Position numbers and translations under genes: made by a program | Part shown: positions 1 through 9,224 of the stretch, piece after piece | Layout of the letters: every line of letters begins with the position of its first letter | Numbering within the stretch: the first letter of the stretch is position 1 | The notes under the pieces: generated by a model | What the model was told of the DNA's origin: nothing | Databases searched by the model: none | What the model saw: the letters and a program-made list of their open reading frames with translations, nothing else | Assembly: GCA_043804895.1 (NCBI GenBank) | Contig: JAZDIN010000020.1 | Span: forward strand, 1 to 55,841 | DNA length: 55,841 nucleotides | From: Candidatus Altiarchaeota archaeon | GTDB lineage: Archaea > Altiarchaeota > Altiarchaeia > IMC4 > SCGC-AAA252-I15 | Direction: 5' to 3'

Positions 1-980
1 ACACCCTCAACTTCTTGGATTTCCCTGAAGCCCACCATAGAGCCCATATCATCGCTTGATATTTTCCTGCCAGTTAAGTCGGAGGAATACGCAATCGCTT
101 CTCCAACTGAGTCGCATATCATCTCAGCACCGATGGAATCCCTGATTCGGTGTTCGTTTTTCTTCACTTCGACGGTCTCTTTCACCCACCCAACCATCTC
201 CTGGACGGGTGGTGTGGGTTCGCCTTCCGGTATTTTCCTCATCCTCAGGCCTACATAATGCCTGACAACCTCCGAAACCTCGTGAAGTGTCACATTCCTT
301 ATGCCCAGCACCTCATGATTTTTTGAGACAAAAGACTGATAGAACGGCACCAGGTCCACAAACTCCCCCCTGGTACTTTCATCAATGTCTGGGGGCGCCC
401 GATCCAGTAGGTGGTGGTGGAATCCAACCGCGTCGACAAATCCGTTAAAAATCGCAAAAGAACCACGATTGTTTATCGTGTTCTGGTGAGAATAATGTTC
501 CCCTATTTTCCGGATTTTCATCTCCACACTAATTTCCTTGAGATGCACTTCCTGTTTACCCGGTCCTCCTTGCCCCTTCAATAACCCAAGACGTTCAAGT
601 GCGGAACGTTTATCATCAGCTTCGAGTTTTGAGGCATCGCTACCACCGACGGAGAGTAATGATATTGAACCTTCATTCTCGGAGTTGATGTCATCAACTA
701 GCTTTCTGAAAAGTTTCGGGTGCATCGGCACCCACACACCATGTGGGTCAAGTACCTCGGCGAAGAATTTCTCGTCAGTCAAGCTGCCAGGTAGCGAAAG
801 TGTTTTTTTACCTATCTGATATTCCACGCCAGTGTTGTCTTTTAGTCGTACCGTATCTTTTGAGTAGGTTGGCTCGCCTAAACCCCTCGCAGCCAAAACT
901 GCCGGCAGGGGGTGGAGGTCCTCCCCGGAAAGCTTCCGTATAGGGCCTTCCCCTTCTTCCGGTACCTTGGAGGCGATCAT
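1..980 (-). CDS. Orphan protein, 3'-truncated by the window edge (MIASKVPEEGEGPIRKLSGEDLHPLP...)
   Basis: ATG at 980 on the minus strand. Hand translation stays open for 326 codons to the window start. It is absent from the ORF track because there is no stop. TATA-like TATATA lies about 28 nt upstream, and the N-terminus is homologous to that of 1051..2517. Confidence 0.85.
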   Translation of the reverse strand, partial: MIASKVPEEGEGPIRKLSGEDLHPLPAVLAARGLGEPTYSKDTVRLKDNTGVEYQIGKKTLSLPGSLTDEKFFAEVLDPHGVWVPMHPKLFRKLVDDINSENEGSISLLSVGGSDASKLEADDKRSALERLGLLKGQGGPGKQEVHLKEISVEMKIRKIGEHYSHQNTINNRGSFAIFNGFVDAVGFHHHLLDRAPPDIDESTRGEFVDLVPFYQSFVSKNHEVLGIRNVTLHEVSEVVRHYVGLRMRKIPEGEPTPPVQEMVGWVKETVEVKKNEHRIRDSIGAEMICDSVGEAIAYSSDLTGRKISSDDMGSMVGFREIQEVEG

Positions 981-1008
981 GGTAATCTACGGGCGAGTTT
1001 CGGATATA
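921..1008 (-). repeat. 88-bp cassette copy 1 (TATA box, 5' spacer and first 20 codons)
   Basis: Ungapped match to 2458..2545 with about 13 mismatches by hand count. Confidence 0.92.
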
Positions 1009-1050
1009 TACGTATGTAGCCACGTGAGGGGGGATAACATTTTAATATTA

Positions 1051-2517
1051 TTATACCTCTTCGATGCTGATTATCTCGTTATGTTTGTAGAGGTTGGAGA
1101 AGGCATCAGGCCACTCTCGGCGTTGTATCGCGTCTTTTGGGGCTTTGAAACCGATTACCTTCTGTGGTTTTTGGGCTGTTAGGTTAGACATCATATCATA
1201 CTTTCGCATTCTCTCTACCAAGTCGAGGATAGCCTCCCGGCTTGCGGGGTAATACAGTCCTGATACCTCACATATGTTAGACTTGGGGCTGACGATGTCG
1301 TAGTATGGGCTTCTCTGTGGTATCGAAATGTAATATTCTGCAATGTCCCCCGGTGGCTTTGCTGCGAGCCTATTGTGTCTGTCTTCGAAGTCCCTGTCGA
1401 GCCTGTCTGCCATTATCTGCTTCCTTAGGTCTCCGAGCATATCCTTCATCTCCAGCATTAGGGGTATATTGCCAGTGTATTCTCTCCTGAAAGTCTCAAG
1501 ATCCTGCGGGTCTGAGAAGACGATGCCCATGATGTCATCTGTTTTGACTGTCGGTATTTTAACCTCCCATGTCGAGAAGAAAACGCCGCCAAGGTTATTT
1601 TTTTGTTCTAGCCTGCCTGTTAGAAATTCGTACATGAAGTCTTGGCCGCTGGAGTATACTTTACACGATCTCACAACTTCTTCGAAGAAGTATTCTCCGG
1701 ACGTCACCTCATTCAGATATTGCCCCAGCACCCGGTTCTCGTCTTCGTCGATTTTGCCTCCCTGCCTCTTTGCAACCAAGTCTTTGACGGTCCGCCACAT
1801 ATCAATGTCGGCTATGTCAGACAAGGTTGCGAACGCTCCGTCAGCCATAATGGCATGGGGGTGGATTAGGACCTGCACTTTGCCAAAATATTTGTCATCC
1901 GAAGCATTGGAGGGGACTCGCGCATAATGCGCGAACACGTAATTGTCCAACCCCACCTCCCTGTCGAGGCCGAACGTGTGCGTCTGCATGCTGTCAGCGC
2001 TCAGTGGATCGACCTTTCTTGCCTCTTCATACCTTTCCCTGTCAGTCTGGATATGCCCTGTTGAGATTATGCCCCTGAGGCCGTCTAATGTCGTGGTGTG
2101 TATGAGCGGCTGCGTCGCAGACAACGCGAAATCCTCGGCAGAGACGTTGTGCGGGCTGTGCGATAGTAGGCTGTAGTGGTTGTTGACAGCATAAAGGCGC
2201 AGAAGCGGAGTTTTTGAGTTTTTGATCCAAAGCCAATCATCTTCGCTGAAACGGCCCATGTAGTCTTCAAGATATTGGGGACATGATTCCGCATCCAGTC
2301 TTATCCCGTGCCTCTTGAGTTCCCCTTCTATCCTCCCTTTTTGCTCGTCTGATATTTTTCGCCTGACTCTCCTGCCGATTTCGTATTCGAAGTCTGCGTT
2401 CGTGCCGAAACGTCCGAACGTCTCGATAAAACTTTTCGTTGGAAGTTGTTTAGGAGGCTCCCCAGAAAGCTCCGGTATAGGGCCCTTGCCTTCTTCCGGT
2501 CCTTTGGGGACGATCAT
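1051..2517 (-). CDS. Orphan protein with a putative DarT/DUF4433-like ADP-ribosyltransferase domain
   Basis: 488-aa ORF. Motifs LIHTTTLDGLRGIISTGHIQT, GLDNYVFAHY and WEVKIPTVKTDDIMGIVF resemble the DarT pattern HxTxxxNLxxIxxxG / LxDYVxFY / E-xLV...I..I. The CDS is secure; the function is tentative. Confidence 0.6.
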   Translation of the reverse strand: MIVPKGPEEGKGPIPELSGEPPKQLPTKSFIETFGRFGTNADFEYEIGRRVRRKISDEQKGRIEGELKRHGIRLDAESCPQYLEDYMGRFSEDDWLWIKNSKTPLLRLYAVNNHYSLLSHSPHNVSAEDFALSATQPLIHTTTLDGLRGIISTGHIQTDRERYEEARKVDPLSADSMQTHTFGLDREVGLDNYVFAHYARVPSNASDDKYFGKVQVLIHPHAIMADGAFATLSDIADIDMWRTVKDLVAKRQGGKIDEDENRVLGQYLNEVTSGEYFFEEVVRSCKVYSSGQDFMYEFLTGRLEQKNNLGGVFFSTWEVKIPTVKTDDIMGIVFSDPQDLETFRREYTGNIPLMLEMKDMLGDLRKQIMADRLDRDFEDRHNRLAAKPPGDIAEYYISIPQRSPYYDIVSPKSNICEVSGLYYPASREAILDLVERMRKYDMMSNLTAQKPQKVIGFKAPKDAIQRREWPDAFSNLYKHNEIISIEEV

Positions 2518-2545
2518 AGTAATCTACGGGCAGGTTTCGGATATA
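2458..2545 (-). repeat. 88-bp cassette copy 2
   Basis: Matches 921..1008 and spans TTATAT, the spacer, the ATG at 2517 and codons MIVPKGPEEGKGPIPELSGE. Confidence 0.92.
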
Positions 2546-2547
2546 AG

Positions 2548-3237
2548 CTAGTATCCCCTGAACCGTTCCACAACTATGTTATCTGTTTTCACACCCAATC
2601 CTGCGAGCATCTCCTCCATCGCCTCAACCATCTTCGGCGGCCCGCAGAGGTAGAATGTCCTATCTTTATAGTCAGGTGTTTTGGCTAGTATGGTTTCTGT
2701 GTTGATGCGGCCTTTGAGTCCAGGCCATTCTTTTGACGGTTGTGAGAGGACGTGGACTACCTTCAGCTTCGGGTTTGACGTCATCATTTCCTCGAAATCT
2801 TTCCTGAATATGATGTCCTCCTCGGTCCGGTTGCCCCATATTAGGACGACGTCACAGTCGGCTTTAGTGTCTGTGAGGTACTTGCACATGCTCCTGAAGG
2901 GGGTTATCCCGATGCCGCCGGCGAGGAACGCTAGCTTCTTAAATGAGGGATTGTATGCGAAGGAGCCCATAGGACCGCTGAGAGTCACTTTGCCGCCGAC
3001 TGAGAGGCTGTTGAGGGCCTTCTTGTAGTCAGAGTCGGAAATCCGTGTAGTGAACTCTATGTAGCCTTCTTCGGTCGGCGAGCTTGAGAAGGAGAAGGGT
3101 TTCATTAGGGTGTTATCGAGCTTGAGTATGAAATAGTGGCCTGCCTGGTAGCTTAAATTTTTCGGCCTTGTGAGCCTGAAGCACTTCACGTCTTTTGCCA
3201 GCTCTGAGACGCTGACTAGGGTGAGTTCGTATTCCAT
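2548..3237 (-). CDS. FAD/NAD(P)-binding oxidoreductase (ferredoxin-NADP+ reductase family)
   Basis: Motifs PFSFSSSP, AGGIGITPF, YLCGPPKM and C-terminal ERF; TGATG overlap with the upstream gene. Confidence 0.88.
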   Translation of the reverse strand: MEYELTLVSVSELAKDVKCFRLTRPKNLSYQAGHYFILKLDNTLMKPFSFSSSPTEEGYIEFTTRISDSDYKKALNSLSVGGKVTLSGPMGSFAYNPSFKKLAFLAGGIGITPFRSMCKYLTDTKADCDVVLIWGNRTEEDIIFRKDFEEMMTSNPKLKVVHVLSQPSKEWPGLKGRINTETILAKTPDYKDRTFYLCGPPKMVEAMEEMLAGLGVKTDNIVVERFRGY

Positions 3238-4235
3238 CACAGCACCTTAAAGTCGACGCACAATCTGCTGATGCGTGGGCTGTAGCTTCCGCACAAGACC
3301 ACATCAAGTATCTCAGCCTTGACGCCCAGGCTGCCGACGGCCTCGGCAAGATGGCCGGTGGCTTCGAGGGTGTTTCTTGCGAACGTGTAGTAGTGTATTA
3401 CCCCGTCTTTTTTTAGGCAGGAGAACGCCACATCAAGGAAGGTATCAGCCTGTTTTGGAAGTGGCATGATTATCCTGTCGAACAACCCCAATGCTGGAAC
3501 TTTTTCCCTGACGTCACCCTCTATCACGTTCACATTCACCTTGTTCCTTAGGATGTTCCAGCGCATGTACTCGACTGCGATGGGATTCAACTCTATTGCT
3601 GTGACTTCCGCGCCACTCAACTTCGCAGCAAGTATCGCATAGGGGCCTACTCCTGCGAACATGACGAGGACGCGCTCGCCGTCGTGAATCTGGTTGACCA
3701 CGCGAAGCCTCTCAGAACCCAACCTCGGGCTGAAATAGGCCTTGGCTATGTCGAGCTTGTACACGCAGCCGTGTTCTCTGTGTATCGTTTCGGTTCTTTT
3801 CTCGCCTGCGATGACCTTGACTTGTGGGACGCGGTATTCACCTGAAACCTGCTCTACCTTCAACGCCACGACCTTAATGTTCCTGAACGTCCTGAGGAAT
3901 GCTTCTCCAACCAGCCTCATCTTATCAATAGGTATGCCTTCTGGCTCCAAGACTACGATGTCGCCGATGACGTTGAATGATGACGGCAGCGCCTCAAGCT
4001 CGTCAGCTGAGAGTATACCTGAGAGGGACTCCGCAAGGGAAGCTGGCCTCTTGGTCTTGATTCTGCCTTCGGCTTCGACGACTTCCGTTCCTGGAATCTT
4101 CACAGTTGAGAGTAGCGGGAACATGACGTATTCGCCGTCCCTCTCTACTGCCTTCGACTTGTCAAGAGAGGATTTTTCAAGTAGCTTCCTCCGAACTGAC
4201 TCTGCGTCCTCCCTTCTGACTTTGAGGTATTTCAC
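3237..4235 (-). CDS. trm5: Trm5/Taw2-family SAM-dependent tRNA methyltransferase
   Basis: Motifs YFSPRLGSER, MFAGVGPYA, ELNPIA and DRIIMPLP. GTG start at 4235 overlaps the VanZ stop, so the longer track ORF is over-extended. Confidence 0.85.
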   Translation of the reverse strand: MKYLKVRREDAESVRRKLLEKSSLDKSKAVERDGEYVMFPLLSTVKIPGTEVVEAEGRIKTKRPASLAESLSGILSADELEALPSSFNVIGDIVVLEPEGIPIDKMRLVGEAFLRTFRNIKVVALKVEQVSGEYRVPQVKVIAGEKRTETIHREHGCVYKLDIAKAYFSPRLGSERLRVVNQIHDGERVLVMFAGVGPYAILAAKLSGAEVTAIELNPIAVEYMRWNILRNKVNVNVIEGDVREKVPALGLFDRIIMPLPKQADTFLDVAFSCLKKDGVIHYYTFARNTLEATGHLAEAVGSLGVKAEILDVVLCGSYSPRISRLCVDFKVL

Positions 4236-4597
4236 AACCCACCCCACTTCTTGGAGATGAATGCGCCGACTGCTGAGCCGAGTGTATCGACTAGCACATC
4301 GTCGATTGTGCAGAATCTGCCTGGGACGAAAAGCTGGTGGAATTCGTCGGAGACGCCGTAAAGGAGCGCGAAGAGAACAGTAATGGAGAATGGATTTCGC
4401 CAGTGGCTGAAGTATGGCAGGATGAGGAAGCCAAGGACGATGTATTCGAGTAGGTGGACGAGCGTGGAGTAGGGTATCAACTGAGGGGGTATTCTGATGG
4501 CTGGAGTTGAGGAGAGTAGGAAGATGAATGCCATCCAAAGTAGCGCGAGCACGAGGTTGAACCTCGGCGTCGACCTGAGGAACAGGACGGGGTTCAT
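4232..4597 (-). CDS. VanZ-family membrane protein
   Basis: Motifs HLLEY, YGVSDEFHQLFVPGR and DVLVDTLG. Confidence 0.9.
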   Translation of the reverse strand: MNPVLFLRSTPRFNLVLALLWMAFIFLLSSTPAIRIPPQLIPYSTLVHLLEYIVLGFLILPYFSHWRNPFSITVLFALLYGVSDEFHQLFVPGRFCTIDDVLVDTLGSAVGAFISKKWGGL

Positions 4598-5007
4598 TGT
4601 CTCTTGATTAAATCCACTATTATCCTGCTGGAATGTAGGCCCGCATCCCAGTACCGCTTTATCTTCACGACGCGGGTGTTAAGCCCCCGCAAGGAAAGCT
4701 CGGATTGCACTTCACCCTCGTCGAAGTCCTGGTCTGGGCCGATGGTGAGTATGTCTGGATTCAGCTGCGCTATTGTGGCGTACATGTCATGCTCATCGCC
4801 CAATATCGCATCATCTACCGGTTTCAGGGCTTTCAGCATGTGGAGGCGTTGGCTCTCTGATATCACCGGCCGCCTCTTTCTCCTCTTGGCTGTCTCGTCC
4901 CTGGCTACGACTACAACCAGCCTGTCTCCGAGCTTCTTCGAGTCCTCAAGATACTGTATGTGGCCTGGGTGGAGTATCTCGAAGACTCCTGTAGCGACTA
5001 CGAGCAT
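4594..5007 (-). CDS. ribL: Archaeal FAD synthase (cytidylyltransferase superfamily)
   Basis: Motifs VVATGVFEILHPGH, LVVVVARD, GPDQ and SSRII. Start trimmed to ATG 5007. Confidence 0.8.
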   Translation of the reverse strand: MLVVATGVFEILHPGHIQYLEDSKKLGDRLVVVVARDETAKRRKRRPVISESQRLHMLKALKPVDDAILGDEHDMYATIAQLNPDILTIGPDQDFDEGEVQSELSLRGLNTRVVKIKRYWDAGLHSSRIIVDLIKRQ

Positions 5008-5043
5008 TTTTATACTGAGGATATATATGTATCCCTTTATATT

Positions 5044-5478
5044 ATGGCGATGAACTTCAACATAGTGTTCAAGAGCTTTGACGCGAGGAGGCTCAGCAAC
5101 GCTAAAGGGCATATTAACATAAACAACAACAGCACCATATCCTCAGTGACGAAGGAGGAGGGTAAGATGAACGTGGGCTTCATATTCAGCTGCAACTATG
5201 AGCCTAACGTCGGCATAGTCAGGATAGAGGGGGACCTCCTGGTAGAGGACGCTGCCGATGTCGTCGACAACGCAGTCAAGGAGTGGGAGGCGAGCGAAAG
5301 AAGCAACCTTCCGAAGGATATGGCTGAGAAGGTCCACAACGCGATACTCTCGAACTGTATTGTGGAGGCGAGCATACTCGCTCGCGACCTGAAGCTGCCG
5401 GTCCCTATGCCGCTGCCGCATGTGACATTGAACAAACCTGACGCAGTCAGTAAAACTGACACTAGCTACATAAGGTAA
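5044..5478 (+). CDS. Conserved archaeal hypothetical protein upstream of aIF6
   Basis: ATG at 5044 follows TATATA; ends ARDLKLPVPMPLP...YIR, 1 nt before aIF6. Confidence 0.75.
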   Translation: MAMNFNIVFKSFDARRLSNAKGHININNNSTISSVTKEEGKMNVGFIFSCNYEPNVGIVRIEGDLLVEDAADVVDNAVKEWEASERSNLPKDMAEKVHNAILSNCIVEASILARDLKLPVPMPLPHVTLNKPDAVSKTDTSYIR

Positions 5479-5479
5479 A

Positions 5480-6133
5480 ATGCACGCTGACCAGGTGACG
5501 GTACACGGTGAAGACTTCATTGGGCTTCTCGGTACGGCTTCAGACAGGTATGCTGTGATTTCCCCAGAGTTTGAGTTTTCTGAAATCCTGGATGTCCCAA
5601 CGCTTAAGACTAAGATTTACGGGACAAAGCTTGTCGGGATATTCTGCACAGGCAACTCCAACGGCGTTCTCGTGCCCTATTTCATCTCTGACACTGAGTT
5701 TGCTGCTATGGTAGCGTTCATGAAGCCCCTTGGCGTTGAGGTTATGAAAGTAAAGGATAAGTACACGGCTGTCGGCAACATGGTGGCAGCAAACGACAAG
5801 AAGGCGTTCATCTCAAACAGCCTCACAAGAGACTACAAGGAGATAGAGGATGCACTGGGTGTGGAGGCGGTGCTTGGGGACGTCGGAGGCCATATTGAGG
5901 TCGGCGCTTACATCTTCGCAACTAACAAGGGTTTTCTAGCCCACCCAGACGCTGAAAGCCAGCTGCCACAGCTTAAGGAGTTGTTCAAAGTAGGTGGCAT
6001 GGTGGGTACGGTGAATTGCGGGATACCGTACGTGAAATCTGGGTTGATAGCCAATAGTAACGGGTACATCACAGGAGGGAGGACGACGCCGATTGAGATG
6101 CAAAGGATAGAGGACGCGTTAGGGTTTTTTTAG
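5480..6133 (+). CDS. eif6: Translation initiation factor 6 (aIF6)
   Basis: Motifs LVGIFCTGNSNG, GTVNCGIPYVKSGLIANSNG and TTPIEMQRIEDALG. Confidence 0.95.
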   Translation: MHADQVTVHGEDFIGLLGTASDRYAVISPEFEFSEILDVPTLKTKIYGTKLVGIFCTGNSNGVLVPYFISDTEFAAMVAFMKPLGVEVMKVKDKYTAVGNMVAANDKKAFISNSLTRDYKEIEDALGVEAVLGDVGGHIEVGAYIFATNKGFLAHPDAESQLPQLKELFKVGGMVGTVNCGIPYVKSGLIANSNGYITGGRTTPIEMQRIEDALGFF

Positions 6134-6613
6134 ATTCGTTATACGGTTTATGCCGTCTGCTTCTTCGAATACTTTCATCGTCCCATCAGGGATGAGGGAC
6201 CTCCAGTCGCCACCTTCAATTATCCTCTTCCTGACTTCTGTTGAGGAGTATTCCTCCCGCCTGAAGAATGGTATGGGCAGGACCTTCAGTCCGGCGTCGG
6301 TGAATATCTCCCGCTCCTTCTGGCTGTTCGTGAGGAATGCGTCGAACCTTATGTTCTCCCTAATCCATCGTATCCAGCGGTTGTTGTCGCCGAAGTCCGG
6401 GATTCTCTTAAGCTCGTAGGGTATGGTCAGGGTGAGTGACTCCTTCAGCATCTCCTCGCGCTCCTCTGCTGTGAAGGGGTTTTCTATGTCAGGAGTCTTG
6501 TTGCAACTTCCTATCCCAATCGTCAGGTACTCGCACTGTGAAGCAGCATATTCTATCATACGGACGTGTCCGAGGTGCAGCGGCTGGAACCTCCCGAGGA
6601 CTAGGGCGCGCAT
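6119..6613 (-). CDS. nadM: Nicotinamide-nucleotide adenylyltransferase
   Basis: Motifs GRFQPLHLGH, NPFTAEER and SSTEVR. Confidence 0.9.
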   Translation of the reverse strand: MRALVLGRFQPLHLGHVRMIEYAASQCEYLTIGIGSCNKTPDIENPFTAEEREEMLKESLTLTIPYELKRIPDFGDNNRWIRWIRENIRFDAFLTNSQKEREIFTDAGLKVLPIPFFRREEYSSTEVRKRIIEGGDWRSLIPDGTMKVFEEADGINRITNLKKP

Positions 6614-6644
6614 GGTTAATTATGCCCGCGCCTAATATAATATC

Positions 6645-8162
6645 ATGGGCATAGGCCAGGTCATCGGCTCCACGACGCTGCGCGCCTTCAAGTTCGTCAT
6701 CAAGGAGGGTGAGGAGGAGAAGGCCAAGAGGGATGAGTTCGTTATAGTCGAGGAGGCCGTGTCAGGCAAGAGTGTCCTTGGAGTCATAAAGGATATAGTC
6801 ATATCGAACGAGCTGCTCCCTGAGGAGTTCGGCAGGGACTTGAGGCTGGCTGACATAATACTGAAGGAGGGTGAGTATCCAGTGCCTGTAGTCAAGGTCC
6901 TGGGAGTCGACACCGGCGACGGTTTGGAGATACCAAGGCATGGGATTAAGCCCGGAGCCACAGTCGATTTGGCATCTGACGAGCTTTTGGACAGGATGCT
7001 CAAGCAGGAGGATAGGAGGGCGGCTTATGTCGGGACTCTATCGACCCGCGACAGCGTGAAGGTCAAGTTGGACGTTAATGAACTGGTGTCAAGGCACTGC
7101 GCCATACTCGCGATGACAGGGGCTGGGAAGAGCTACACTGTGGGTGTTATTGTAGAGGAGCTGATGAAGAAGAGGGGATCTGTCGTGGTCTTCGACCTCC
7201 ACGGCGAGTTCAAGGGGATGGAGTTCAAGGACTCCGACGTCGTCATCTACACCGTCGACGGAGACAGGAAAATAAAAGTCGACGTCTCATCGCTCAACAC
7301 AGGAGACTTCATGAACCTTATGCCAGACCTGACGAGCACGCAAAGAGACCTCCTGGACGAGGTCATAGGCCTCGCAGACAGGTTCTACGACAGATACGAC
7401 CTCGGGACGATACACAAGATACTTGAGGTCATTTACGACATGAAGAAGGGGGATAAGGCAGAGGACGCTGAGATGTTCCCAAGCAACATACTGACAAGCA
7501 TCACAAAGAAGGTCGGAATCTCAACGGTCGGGGCCATAATGAGGAGGATCAAAAGGCTTGAGAGGATGGGCGTCTTCTCGCTTGAAGGCACGCCATTGAA
7601 TGAGATAGTGAAAGCAAACCAGCTTAGCGTCATAAACCTCTCAGAAGCTGATGAGAGGGTCAGCGACATAATAGTCGCAGCGATATGCAGGGGCGTGTTC
7701 GACGGCAGGAAGAAGTACATGAGAGGCGAGGACAGTTCAGGCGTTAAGGCTCCGACGCTCCTGGTGTTGGAGGAGGCTCACAACTTCGCACCAAGAGCAT
7801 CAGAGGGAGACTACTCCCCTTCAAGGGCGATAATCAGGAAGATTGCGCGGGAGGGTAGGAAATTCGGGGTCGGCTTGTGTGTAGTAAGCCAGAGGCCGAA
7901 CAAGCTCGACGCAGACGTCCTGAGCCAGTGCAATACGCAGGTTATTATGAGGATAGTTAACCCAGCAGACCAGGAGTATATTAGGCAGTCTGTTGAAACA
8001 GTAACGGAAGATATCGTCCGAGACCTGCCGAGCCTCGGGAGAGGTGAGGCGATAATAGTCGGTTCCGCTATCAGGATGCCGGTGCCTGTGAAGATAAGGC
8101 AGAGGACTACGAAGATTAGCGGAGAGGACGTTGACATAGTAGGCGAATGGAACAAGAGGTGA
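6645..8162 (+). CDS. HerA-family (DUF87) ATPase with an N-terminal HAS barrel
   Basis: Walker A AMTGAGKS, Walker B LEEAHNFAP, and AREGRKFG..SQRP. Confidence 0.9.
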   Translation: MGIGQVIGSTTLRAFKFVIKEGEEEKAKRDEFVIVEEAVSGKSVLGVIKDIVISNELLPEEFGRDLRLADIILKEGEYPVPVVKVLGVDTGDGLEIPRHGIKPGATVDLASDELLDRMLKQEDRRAAYVGTLSTRDSVKVKLDVNELVSRHCAILAMTGAGKSYTVGVIVEELMKKRGSVVVFDLHGEFKGMEFKDSDVVIYTVDGDRKIKVDVSSLNTGDFMNLMPDLTSTQRDLLDEVIGLADRFYDRYDLGTIHKILEVIYDMKKGDKAEDAEMFPSNILTSITKKVGISTVGAIMRRIKRLERMGVFSLEGTPLNEIVKANQLSVINLSEADERVSDIIVAAICRGVFDGRKKYMRGEDSSGVKAPTLLVLEEAHNFAPRASEGDYSPSRAIIRKIAREGRKFGVGLCVVSQRPNKLDADVLSQCNTQVIMRIVNPADQEYIRQSVETVTEDIVRDLPSLGRGEAIIVGSAIRMPVPVKIRQRTTKISGEDVDIVGEWNKR

Positions 8163-8163
8163 T

Positions 8164-8412
8164 ATGATGCCGATTGAACAGATGAGGGAGAAGGTAGACG
8201 CGATTGACGTGAGGATAGTAAGGCTCCTGGAGGAGAGGGTAGACCTTGCAAGGAAGATTGGCGAGGCGAAGCGGAAGAATAATCTGCCTATGAGGGACCT
8301 GCAGAGGGAGCAGGATGTGCTTATCAGGGTCACAGAGAAGACGAGGCTGAACAAGGGATTCGTGAAAAAACTATTTGAAGGCGTAATGGAGTACTGCAGG
8401 GAGAATGAGTGA
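8164..8412 (+). CDS. Chorismate mutase (AroQ type)
   Basis: REKVDAIDVRIVRLLEERV...IGEAK...RDLQRE; GAGGTGA RBS upstream. Confidence 0.9.
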   Translation: MMPIEQMREKVDAIDVRIVRLLEERVDLARKIGEAKRKNNLPMRDLQREQDVLIRVTEKTRLNKGFVKKLFEGVMEYCRENE

Positions 8413-9196
8413 GGGTGTAGCTGTACTTGGGCCGAAGGGAACGTTCACAGAGACGGCAGCGCTTAAGCTCTACCCTGAGGCGAAGATTGAATACGCCAAC
8501 GACGTGGACAGTGTGTTCAGGTTCGTTGACAGTGGAGGGGGGAAGGGTGTTGTGGCTATAGAGAATTCCCTTGAAGGTTCCGTTGGATACAATATGGAAT
8601 GCCTCATGAGGTACGACGTCAAGATAACCGCGGAGGTCGTCCTAGACATCGTACTGTGCCTAATCGCTAAAAACAGGGTCAGAAACGAGGAGATCAAAGT
8701 CATATTCTCCCACCCACATGCACTCGGCCAATGCAGGAGGTACCTTGACAAGAACTACCCTAACGCCATAAGGGAGGCGAGGGCAAGCACCGCTGAAGCC
8801 ATACTGGAGGCGTCAAAAAGAGATGATGCGACAGCCATCGGCTTCAAGGACACGGGATTGACATACGGACTGCGCATCGTAGCGGAAGGAATACAAGACG
8901 AGCAGAGTCAGACAAGGTTCATTGCACTCTCAAGACAAGCCTCATACGGCCCGAAGACGTCGATAATATTCGCTACAAAAAATGAGCCTGGGGCCCTGCA
9001 CAGCATACTCGGAATATTCGCCGAGAAAAACATAAACCTCACCAACATCGAATCAAGACCCTCCAGGCGAAAACTAGGGGAGTACGTCTTCTACGTGGAC
9101 TTTGAGAACAACAACATGAGCGCTGATGAGATGGACGCACTACACAGGAAGATAAGGGAGAAGACGACTTACCTCAAGAACCTGGGGAGCTACTGA
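8405..9196 (+). CDS. pheA: Prephenate dehydratase with ACT domain
   Basis: Motifs LGPKGTFT, IENSLEGSV, SHPHALGQC, TRF and NLTNIESRPS. Confidence 0.95.
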   Translation: MSEGVAVLGPKGTFTETAALKLYPEAKIEYANDVDSVFRFVDSGGGKGVVAIENSLEGSVGYNMECLMRYDVKITAEVVLDIVLCLIAKNRVRNEEIKVIFSHPHALGQCRRYLDKNYPNAIREARASTAEAILEASKRDDATAIGFKDTGLTYGLRIVAEGIQDEQSQTRFIALSRQASYGPKTSIIFATKNEPGALHSILGIFAEKNINLTNIESRPSRRKLGEYVFYVDFENNNMSADEMDALHRKIREKTTYLKNLGSY

Positions 9197-9224
9197 GTTA
9201 AATGTCGGCGCTAATATTATACTG

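Noticed and set aside
538-1182. Short track ORFs 538..819, 743..943, 808..1023 and 967..1182
   Set aside because: They are shadows of the real minus-strand gene <1..980 and of 1051..2517.
4236-4538. N-terminal 100-aa extension of the Trm5 ORF, suggesting a fusion
   Set aside because: It overlaps the VanZ gene in another frame; a GTG start at 4235 coupled to the VanZ stop explains the gene.
6645-8162. HerA as part of a defence (Sir2-HerA/DUF4297) or nurA-mre11-rad50 operon
   Set aside because: The neighbours are nadM and chorismate mutase; no partner nuclease is visible.
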